Of a DNA stretch of 64,000 nt, positions 54,956 to 64,000 are shown one piece after another. The position numbers and the translations under genes are program-made. Below the pieces are notes generated by a model. It saw only the letters and a program-made list of their open reading frames with translations. It made no database searches and was not told where the DNA came from. Every line of letters begins with the position of its first letter. The stretch's first letter is position 1. The stretch spans positions 12,090,001 through 12,154,000 of the forward strand of contig NC_090415.1 in NCBI RefSeq assembly GCF_036365525.1, read 5' to 3'. This stretch comes from Heterodontus francisci. Its lineage: Eukaryota.

Positions 54956-55088
54956 AAAAAGGGTCACTGACCTGAAACGTTAACTCTGCTTCTCTCTCCA
55001 AAGATGCAAACAGACCTGCTGAGTATTTACATGATTTCTTGTTTTTATTTCAGATTTCCAGCATCCGCAGTATTTTGCTTTTTATTAT
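54956..55088 (+). mobile_element. 133-bp Penelope-type mini-insertion with 14-bp TSD
   Basis: AACATTCATTACTG at 54942-54955 and 55089-55102; empty site at 45531-45544. Confidence 0.8.
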
Positions 55089-55439
55089 AACATTCATTAC
55101 TGTTTGGAGAGAGAAATCAGCAATGATTTTCAATAGTGAGTTCATCATATTCTGTCTCTCTCTCCCTGTCCAGACACTGCCTGAGAAAGACCTCTCCCTT
55201 CCCCCCCCGGCTCACTCCATCTTCCAGGACCAGTTCCTGCTCCACAATGTACATTACAAACTGTCCCCCACTCCCGCTGAATGTACCCGGTAATCAATGC
55301 TAATCTATGAGCACATCGGCAGACACGGGCCCAAATCTGTTGTACTGCTGTGAGCAGATACTGTTTGTTCACTTACCCCAGGCTTGTAATGTCTCCATTT
55401 GCAGCTGATTTAAACAATCATAGTGAATGGTGCTCAGAG

Positions 55440-55620
55440 GCAGTGCTGGGGGATGGGGTGCGCATGCGCTCTTCTCCGCGTTATGACGTCATATTCGACA
55501 GGCCTATATCGCGCGTGAGCAGATCTCTGCAGCGAGAGCGGGAACAGGCGAGAGGAGCCGGGAGATAAAAGAAGCCGAAGCCAGAGACCAGAAGCAGCAG
55601 CGAGAGCCGCTCGGTTCTGT
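55440..55620. promoter_or_regulatory. CpG-rich promoter-like patch
   Basis: TGCGCATGCGC (NRF1-like) 55459-55469, TGACGTCA (CRE) 55484-55491. Confidence 0.5.
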
Positions 55621-55699
55621 TCTGTGGACCTGCTTGACCAGCAAAAGGTGAAGTGTGATGTCACAGGAGAGCTGCTCAGTGATTGGTGGGTATTTCTTT

Positions 55700-56050
55700 C
55701 TTCCATTTGAGCAGTGGGAGTGGTGAGAGTGCGAGCCAGGGGGCAGCCGGGAAGGTAAGTTTCACTAGAAAGTACTTACCTCGTGATTGGGCGGACGCGG
55801 ACACGGGGACTGCTGGGTAAGTGAACTTATATATTCAGGCAGTGGTTAAACCTGAAACACTACACGTGTAGTGTCTCCCACCCATCCTCCTCCTCTAACC
55901 AAAAAAAAAGGACTCTTGTGTGGAGGGTTCGTTGAGGTAAGTTTTTTCCTTTATTTTTTTAAATCTCTTTTGTCAATTTAGAGCGGAGGGGATGGAAGCT
56001 CGGGTAGTTGCATGCTCCTCTTACACGATGTGGGAGGTAAGGGTCACCAC
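55700..56050 (+). mobile_element. 5' UTR and ORF1 start of another CR1 family
   Basis: Shares motif blocks with 60687..60978; MEARVVACSSYTMWEVR at ~55992 resembles MAGDLRPVSCSSCSMWELR. Confidence 0.75.
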
Positions 56051-56059
56051 TTGTTTAAT

Positions 56060-56590
56060 ATAGGCAGGCATCAAGATCGGCGCAGGCTTGGAGGGCCGAA
56101 TGGCCTGTTCCTGTGCTGTGCTGTACTGTTCTTTGTTCTTTGAGACAGTTCAGAGGAGGTTCACTGGACTGATTCCAGAGATGAAAGGTTTGTCTTATGA
56201 AGAGAGATTGAGCAGTTTAGGCCTTTGCTCTCTAGTGTTTAGAAGAATGAGGGTAGATCTAATTGAGGGATATACAAGATGATTAAGGGGATTGACAAAG
56301 TGGACAGAGAGGATGTTTCCTCATGTGAGGCAATCTAGAACGAGAGGCCATAGTTTCAGAATAAGGGGGAGCAGATTAAAAACAGAGATGAGGAGAAATT
56401 ACTTCTCTCAAAGGGTCGTGAGACTGTGGAATTCACTACCCCACATTGTGCTGGATGATGGGACGTTGAGTAAGGTTAAGGAGGAGATGGTCAGATTTTC
56501 AATTAATAATGGGGTGAATGGTTATGGAGAACGGGAAGGAAAGTGGAGTTGAGGACGAAATGAGATCAGCCATGGTTGTATTGAATGGCT
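56060..56590 (+). mobile_element. CR1 3' fragments
   Basis: VQRRFTGLIP..SYEERL; NYFSQRVVRLWNSLP. Confidence 0.85.
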
Positions 56591-56594
56591 GAAT

Positions 56595-56855
56595 TCTTCC
56601 TCCATTTCTCACCATCTCTTGCTCTCTCACTCTCTCCCTCTCACCTATTTTCTCTCAGTCTCTCCATCACTCTCCATCTCTGTCCAATTGAGATTCTGCC
56701 TCCATTTCTCACCATCTCTTGCTCTCTCACTCTCACCTATTATCTCTCAGTCTCTCCATCTCTCTATGATTCTTTCAAGCTCAGTTCTTCCTCTCTCTCT
56801 TTTCTATTTCCGTCTCTATTGCTTGCTCTCCAACTGTCTTGCTCTGTCTGTCCAT
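56595..56855. repeat. CT-rich low-complexity tract with internal duplication
   Basis: cctccatttctcaccatctcttgctctctcactctc occurs twice about 100 bp apart. Confidence 0.8.
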
Positions 56856-56959
56856 GTTGGGTCCCTTTAACAGTTTGGGACAGTTCTGGTGGTGCAGGGT
56901 CCCTTTAAGAGTCTGGTGCTGACCCCCTCCCCCATCCCATGGGGGATGGGGGTCACAAG

Positions 56960-57345
56960 ACGCCCAAACCGCGGCTGCGCGGAGGCTGGAGGCAGCTTTT
57001 GACCCCTTGACCTCCAGACACGTGGGGCGAGGCAGCCAATGAGACCTCATTGACGCCTGAGCGGGAGGGAGGGGTCATCAGCCGCCATGTTTGCCTGACG
57101 TCAACCGCCGGCCACTAATTTCCGCAAACAGCAGCTGAAAGGAAAAGGAGAAGCGGCTTCAGCTTTCGATCTCAAGGGAGGAAAGTTGAACGTCTGAGCT
57201 GGGGGAGAATATAAAAAAGCTGCGGTTAACGCTCTTGTGGAGATGCGCATGTGCGGAGCATCATCCCAGAGTGCAGCGCGGCCTGTTCCGCAGAAAGGGG
57301 CCGTTCCCCATCGCACGGCATTGTGGGAACCGCAGGACGCCATTG
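56960..57345. promoter_or_regulatory. CpG-island-like patch with housekeeping promoter motifs
   Basis: CCGCCATGTT (YY1) 57082-57091, TGACGTCA 57096-57103, CCAAT ~57036, TGCGCATGTGC ~57244. Confidence 0.5.
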
Positions 57346-57662
57346 CCCCCTCATTAACTCAGTAAAAATTAACTCATTCCCTTTCAGCTCTCTATCCCTT
57401 CTTTTCATATTGCAGGCTGACATGGGCTTTTTTGGCATCCATTACACCATCCCGGGTCTGATCAGATAGTCTGTCCCTTCGTAATCGATTTCCCGTCCCT
57501 CCAACAGCTTGTGCTTGTTATTGGCTTTTCTCTTACTGAAATGGTTGCTGAATTTGTTGGTCTTTTTCTCCTGGCTTCATAGCTAACCCTCTCTCCCTCT
57601 GTCTCTCTCCTAGTGTCAGAGATAGCAGGAGGGAGAGAGAGAGGAAGACGAAGAAAGACACA

Positions 57663-57980
57663 AAGAACAACCCCAGCTTCTCCAATCTATCTACGTAACT
57701 GAAGTCCCTCATCCCTGGAACCTTGCTCGTGAATCTTTTATGTATCCTCTCTAAAGCCCCCACATCCTTCCTAAAGTATGGTGTCCAAAATTGGACACAA
57801 TACTAGATGAGGATGAAGCAGTGTTTTATAAAGCTTCATCATAACCTCCTTGCTTTTGTACTCTCAGTGTCTATTTACAAAGCCTGTATCCCATATGCCT
57901 TTTAACCACTTTCTCAACTCGCCCTGCCACCTTCAATTTGTGCACAGACATCCCCAGGTCTCTCTGTTCCTGCACCCACT
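57663..57980 (-). mobile_element. CR1 fragment
   Basis: ALERIHKRFT..SYVDRLEKLGLF. Confidence 0.8.
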
Positions 57981-58077
57981 TCCTTCTCTTCTGAGGTTCC
58001 CATGACAGAGAGGGACAGAAGGACAGGGAGGTCTAGAAATAAGGAGGGAGAGAGAGAGCAAACAAACAGGAAACACA

Positions 58078-58320
58078 TATGGGAACACCACCACCTGCAA
58101 GTTTCCCTTCCAGTCTCACACCATCCTGACTTGGAACTATATCACCATTCCTTCACTGTCACTAGGTCAAAATCCTGGATCTCACTTCCTAACAGCACTG
58201 TGGGTGTATCTACCCCACATGGACTGCAGCGGTTCAAGAAGGTTCAACAGCAATTCGTGATGGACAATAAAATGCTGGCATAGCCAATAATGCACACATC
58301 CAACAAATGAATAAAAAATA
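58078..58320 (+). mobile_element. 3' end of the L2/CR1-group family seen at 1270..3373
   Basis: WEHHHLQV..HHPDLELYHHSFTV; aatgaataaa tail. Confidence 0.8.
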
Positions 58321-58359
58321 ATAACAATTTAGCACCAAGTCACTAAAGGGGAGACCACT

Positions 58360-58860
58360 GGAGGGACAGAGACAGAGAGAGAAGGAGAGAGATGGAGTGA
58401 CAGGGAGGGAAGGACAGATGGAGGGATACAGAGAGAGAGGCAGAGACAGAGATAGAAGGAGAAAGACGGAGAGACAGAGAGGGAAAGACAGATGGAGGGA
58501 GAGAGAGAGAGAGAGACAGAGATAGAAGGAGAGAGAGGGAGTGTCAGGAAGGGAAAGACAGATGGAGGGACAGAGTGAGAGACAGACAGAGAAGGAGAGA
58601 GATGGAGTGTCAGGGAGGGAAAGACAGATGGAGGGATAGAGAGAGAGAGAGAGAGGCAGAGATAGAAGAAGAGAGAGGGAAAGACAGAGAGACACAGATA
58701 GATGGACAGAGAGGGAAAGACAGATGGAGGAACAGAGAGAGATACAGAGATAGGAGAGAGAAGGAGTGTCAGGGAGGGAAAGACAGATGGAGGGACAGAG
58801 TGAGAGACAGAGAGAGAAGGAGAGAGAGGGACTGTCAGGGAGGAAAAGACAGATGAAGGG
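58360..58860. repeat. GA-rich compound micro/minisatellite
   Basis: Recurrent gggaaagacagatggaggga and ggagtgtcagggaggg units. Confidence 0.85.
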
Positions 58861-58864
58861 TCAG

Positions 58865-60686
58865 AGTGTTCGGTGCTGTATCACTCTGTGACTCTAAGTA
58901 CTCCAGATGAGCCTCACCAAGGCCTTGTATAACTGCAGTAAGACATCTGTGCTCCTGTACTCAAATCCTCTTGCAACGAAGGCCAACATACCATTTTCCT
59001 TCCTAATTGCTTGCTGCACCTGAATGCTTGCTTTCAGCGACTGATGTACAAGGACACCCAGGTCTCGTTGCACCTCCCCCTTTCCCTATCTATCACTATT
59101 CAGATAATAATCTGCTTTACTGTTTTAAAACCAAAGTGGATAACTTTCACTTTTATCCTATTTATATTTCATCTGCCACACAGTTGCCTACTCACCCAAC
59201 TTGTCCAAATCACATTGGAGCCTTTTGCATCCTCCTCACAGCTCACAATCCCCCCCCCAAACCCCACCCCCAGCTCTGTGTCATCTGCAAACCTGGAAAT
59301 GTTACATTTACTTCCCTCACCCAAGTCTGTAAGATATATTGTGAATAGCTGGGGCTCAAGCACAGTTTCCTGCAGTACCCCACTGGACCCTGCCTGCCAC
59401 CCAGAAATATACCCATTTATTCCTGCTCTGTTTCCTGTCTGTCAACTAATTCCCAATCCCTGCCAGTATATTACCCCCAATCCCATGTGCTTCAATTTTG
59501 CACACTAACCTCTTATGTGGGACCTTGTCAAAAGCCTTCTGAAAATCTAAATGCACCACATCCACTAGTTCTCCATTATTGAGTCTGCTAGTTACATCCT
59601 CAAAAAATTCCAGTGGATTTGATAAGCATGACTTCCCTTTCGTAAAACTATCACATCCTTTATAATCGACTCCAGCATTTTCCCGACGACTGATGTAAGG
59701 TTCTGTCTGTAATTCCTTTTTTTTTCTCTCCCTCCTTGTTTTAAATAGTGGGGTTACATTTTCCACCCTCCAATCTGTACGAACTGCTCCAGAGTCTACA
59801 GAATTTTGGAATATCCGGTACTTCATATGTATCTCAGGCATTGTGGTGACAACTCTTTGTTTCACACGATAATGTATCAATATGTGTTTACTTGTGTTTA
59901 ATTTAAAATATGGATTAACAATGTTTTATTGCTGTAGGTTTTATTCAATTCTTGTTTGTGAGTTGTGGCTTTTTATCCAATTTGTATCTCTGCAAAAGCA
60001 ATTGTGAATGACAATCTTTCAATTTTAGAGTATGACCTGACATGTAATGTTAAATTCCATCAGTTTGTAGTAAATGAACTAATCCTGTATGTTTTTGTCT
60101 GACCCTTAGTGACATGTTTACACTGGTGTGTAATTTGTAGCTCAGTTTATATTGTGGGGTATGTTATTGGGATTCATTCTGTAGCTTTCAATCAGGTACA
60201 TTTTGTCTGTTCTGTTTAAGATTTGGTATTTGAATTGTAGCCAAGGTGACACAGTGTATTTAAATCAGATAATGTGTGTGTTTTTGGACTGTGATTCATG
60301 TATCTATCAGTCAGTTGGAGAGAAATAGAAACAAATACTATCTCGATGCTTTGTTTGACTATTGGATTGATAATGTGTCTCTTTGGGATCAGTGTGGGTC
60401 TGACTACTTCTTTTGTTTTTTACAGTGGAAATGATGACCTGACCGTGTCACTGTGCTTTGTGACTGATACTGTACCTAATATGTGTTGGAACGAGCTGGA
60501 GGTACTTTTCCATCTATTGATGAGTCATGCCTTTCCTTCTGGTTCCTTCAAGTGTTTGCCTGGCAGTAAAAAAAGGTAACTCTTACACTTGAAGAACAGG
60601 TGAGTGAGAAGACACAAAAGTGATCAATGTAATATTTTCAATAATAATCATTCTGAACAATCACAAAAGGAAAGTTCACACATAAG
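58865..60686. repeat. Duplicated segment paralogous to ~37105-37348 plus 40297-41833 and, more distantly, ~52180-54600
   Basis: Colinear CR1 fragment, unique AT-rich DNA and exon A; lacks the RTE and the VNTR. Confidence 0.9.
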
Positions 60687-60978
60687 TGAGCGAGTGAGCA
60701 GCTGGGAAGGTCAGTTTGAAAGTAAACTTAATTTCCTTTTGTTTTCGGCGGAGGCCAGGGTGCTGCTGGGTAAGTAAAACACTATATATTTGGGTGGTTT
60801 CTGAACCCGAGACACCACACTTGTAGTGTCTCCCACCCGCCCTCCTCCTCTAACCAAAAAAAAAGGACTCGGTGGGGTGTATATAAGGTAAGGCTTTTTC
60901 TATTTCTCTGGTTTTATCGTGATTGGTAAAAACTTTTCGTTCCTTTTTCATTTAACTAAGTTAAGCTTAAGATTAAAA

Positions 60979-61926
60979 ATGGCAGGAGATCTCAGACCCG
61001 TGTCATGCTCCTCTTGCTCAATGTGGGAGCTCAGGGACATGACTGATGTCCCTGACCCCTTCACGTGCAGGAAGTGTGTCCAACTGCAGCTCTTGTTAGA
61101 CCGCATGATGGCTCTCGAGCTGCGGATGGACTCACTTTGGAGCATGCGCGATGCTGAGGAGGTCGTGGATAGCACGTTTAGTGAATTGGTCACACCGCAG
61201 ATTAGGATTGCTGAGGGAGAAAGGGAATGGGTGACCAAAAGGCAGAGAAAGAGCAGGAAGGCAGCGCAGGAGTCCCCTGCGGTCATCTCCCTCCAAAACA
61301 AGTATACCGTTTTGGATACTGTTGAGGGAGATGGCTCACCAGGGGAAGGCAGCAGTAGCCAGGTCCATGGCACCGTGGCTGGCTCTGCTGTTCAGAAGGG
61401 CGGGAAAAAGAGTGGAAGGGCTATAGTCGTAGGGGATTCGATTGTAAGGGGAGTAGATAGGCGGTTCTGTGGTCGAAAACGAGGCTCCCGAATGTTATGT
61501 TGCCTCTCAGGTGCACGGGTCAGGGATGTCTCAGATCGGCTGCAGAACATTCTAAAGGGGGAGGGTGAACAGCCAGTTGTCATTGTGCACATAGGCACCA
61601 ATGATATAGGTAAAAAACGGGATGAGGTCCTACAAGCAGAGTTTAGGGAGTTAGGAGCCAAGTTAAAAAGCAGGACCTCAGAGGTAGTAATCTCAGGATT
61701 GCTACCAGTGCCACGTGATAGTCAGAGTAAAAATGAAAGAATAGTCAGGATGAACGCGTGGCTTGAGAGATGGTGCAGGAAGGAGGGGTTCAGATTTTTG
61801 GGACATTGGGACCGGTTCTGGGGGAGGTGGGACTATTACAAATTGGACGGTCTACACCTGGGCCGGACTGGAACCAATGTCCTTGGGGGTGCTTTTGCTA
61901 ACGCTGTTGGGGAGGGTTTAAACTAA
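60979..61926 (+). CDS. CR1 ORF1p: zinc finger/leucine zipper plus SGNH esterase, 315 aa
   Basis: CxxC..CxxC, coiled coil, VGDSIV, VHIGTNDI, DGLHL. Confidence 0.92.
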   Translation: MAGDLRPVSCSSCSMWELRDMTDVPDPFTCRKCVQLQLLLDRMMALELRMDSLWSMRDAEEVVDSTFSELVTPQIRIAEGEREWVTKRQRKSRKAAQESPAVISLQNKYTVLDTVEGDGSPGEGSSSQVHGTVAGSAVQKGGKKSGRAIVVGDSIVRGVDRRFCGRKRGSRMLCCLSGARVRDVSDRLQNILKGEGEQPVVIVHIGTNDIGKKRDEVLQAEFRELGAKLKSRTSEVVISGLLPVPRDSQSKNERIVRMNAWLERWCRKEGFRFLGHWDRFWGRWDYYKLDGLHLGRTGTNVLGGAFANAVGEGLN

Positions 61927-64000
61927 TGTGGCAGGGGGATGGGAACCAATTGAGGTCAGTTGACAGTAAGGAGGTAGTAACAAAAGCCTGTAAGGAACTA
62001 GATAATGAAATCAGTGTGACTAAGGGGAAGAACAGGCAGGGAGCAGATGATGAATATAAAGGGACTGGTGGTCTGAGGTGCATTTGTTTTAATGCAAGAA
62101 GTGTAATAGGTAAGGCAGATGAACTTAGGGCTTGGATTAGTACCTGGGAGTATGATGTTATTGCTATTACTGAGACTTGGTTAAGGGAAGGGCATGATTG
62201 GCAACTAAATAACCCAGGATACCGATGCTTCAGGCGGGATAGAGAGGGAGGTAAAAGGGGTGGAGGAGTTGCATTACTGGTCAAAGAGGATATCACAGCT
62301 GTGCTGAAGGAGGGCACTATGGAGGACTCGAGCAGTGAGGCAATATGGACAGAACTCAGAAATAGGAAGGGTGCGGTAACAATGTTGGGGCTGTACTACA
62401 GGCCTCCCATAAGCGAGCGTGAGATAGAGGTACAAATATGTAAACAGATTATGGAAAGATGTAGGAGCAACAGGGTGGTGGTGATAGGAGATTTTAATTT
62501 TCCCAACATTGACTGGGATTCGCTTAGTGTTAGAGGTCCAGATGGAGCAGAATTTGTAAGGAGCATCCAGGAGGGTTTTCTAGAGCAGTATGTAAATAGT
62601 CCAACTCGGGAAGGGGCCATACTGGACCTGGTGTTGGGGAATGAGCCCGGCCAGGTTGTTGAAGTTTCAGTAGGGGACTACTTTGGGAATAGTGATCACA
62701 ATTCCGTAAGCTTTAAAATACTCATGGACAAAGACGAGAGTGATCCTAAAGGAAGAGTGCTAAATTGGGGGAAGGCCAACTATACCAAAATTCGGCAGGA
62801 GCTGGGGAATGTAGATTGGGAGCAGCTGTTTGAAGGTAAATCCACATGTGATATGTAGGAGGCTTTTAAAGAGAGGTTGATTAGCGTGCAGGAGAGACAT
62901 GTTCCTGTGAAAATGAGGGATAGAAATGGCAAGATTAGGGAACCATGGATGACAGGTGAAATTGTGAGACTAGCTCAGAGGAAAAAGGAAGCATACATAA
63001 GGTCTAGGCGGCTGATGAAAGACGAAGCTTTGAAAGAATATCGGGAATGTAGGACCAATCTGAAACGAGGAATTAAGAGGGCTAAAAGGGGTCATGAAAT
63101 ATCTTTAGCATACAGGGTTAAGGAAAATCCCAAAGCCTTTTATTCATATATAAGGAGAAAGAGGGTAACTAGAGAAAGGATTGGCCCACTAAAGGACAAA
63201 GGAGGAATGTTATGCTTGGACTCAGAGAAAATGGGTGAGATTCTAAACGAGTACTTTGCATCGGTATTCACCGAGGAGAGGGACATGACGGATGTTGAGG
63301 TTAGGAACAGATGTTTGATTACTCGAGGTCAAGTCGGCATAAGGAGGGAGGAAGTGTTGGGTATTCTAAAGGGCATTAAGGTGGACAAGTCCCCAGGTCC
63401 GGATGGGATCTATCCCAGGTTACTGAGGGAAGCGAGAGAGGAAATAGCTGGGGCCTTAACAGATATCTTTGCAGCATCCTTAAACACGGGTGAGGTCCCG
63501 GAGGACTGGAGAATTGCTAATGTTGTCCCCTTATTTAAGAAGGGTAGCAGGGATAATCCAGGTAATTATAGACCGGTGAGCCTGACGTCAGTGGTAGGGA
63601 AGCTGCTGGAGAAGATACTGAGGGATAGGATCTATTCCCATTTGGAAGAAAATGGGCTTATCAGTGATAGGCAACATGGTTTTGTGCAGGGGAGGTCATG
63701 TCTTACCAACTTAATAGAATTCTTTGAGGAAGTGACAAAGTTGATTGATGAGGGAAGGGCTGTCGATGTCATATACATGGACTTCAGTAAGGCGTTTGAT
63801 AAGGTTCCCCATGGCAGGCTGATGGAGAAAGTGAAGACGCATGGGGTCCAAGGTGTACTAGCTAGATGGATAAAGAACTGGCTGGGCAACAGGAGACAGA
63901 GAGTAGCAGTAGAAGGGAGTTTCTCAAAATGGAGACGTGTGACCAGTGGTGTTCCACAGGGATCCGTGCTGGGACCACTGTTGTTTGTGATATACATTAA
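61926..64000 (+). pseudogene. CR1 ORF2 (APE plus RT) with one premature stop
   Basis: NARS, ITETWL, GGGVA, YYRPP, GDFN, SDHN; TAG at 62856-62858 where the homolog has W; RT motifs continue downstream to VPQGSVLGP. Confidence 0.9.

Larger units (their letters stand above)
60687..64000 (+). mobile_element. Near full-length young CR1 LINE running off the window
   Basis: 5' junction defined by the paralog (acacataag|cagtg at ~44817); 5' UTR, ORF1, ORF2. Confidence 0.95.

Noticed and set aside
55772-55782. TACTTACCT resembling the U1 snRNA 5' end
   Set aside because: No downstream U1 body; better explained as the complement of the nearby splice-donor motif
58234-58856. SL-rich and RE-rich ORFs (also 56585, 3616)
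   Set aside because: Translations of GA/CT microsatellites

Overview
Eukaryotic DNA, inferred to be from a cartilaginous fish because of its tRNA-derived HE1-type SINEs and CR1/HER1-type LINE tails. It holds a replication-dependent histone locus: two quintets (H1> H4> H3> <H2A <H2B) plus an orphan H2A, 11 intact histone CDSs, each with a 3' stem-loop. An ~8.35-kb block (4345-~12700) is duplicated almost identically at +16,956 bp and ends inside H2A. The rest is layered retroelements: many CR1 fragments, a near full-length CR1 with esterase ORF1 and TAATG-coupled ORF2, two very young RTE copies (one 5'-inverted with a 12-bp TSD), Penelope relics carrying minimal hammerhead-like cores, and SINEs. 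These sit in a cryptic decayed 41-bp tandem repeat. Also present: a 36-bp VNTR born inside a CR1 ORF, phase-compatible exons of an unidentified pseudogene, and a covarying structured RNA motif shared by two CR1 5' UTRs. All alignments were done by eye, so TE boundaries are approximate.
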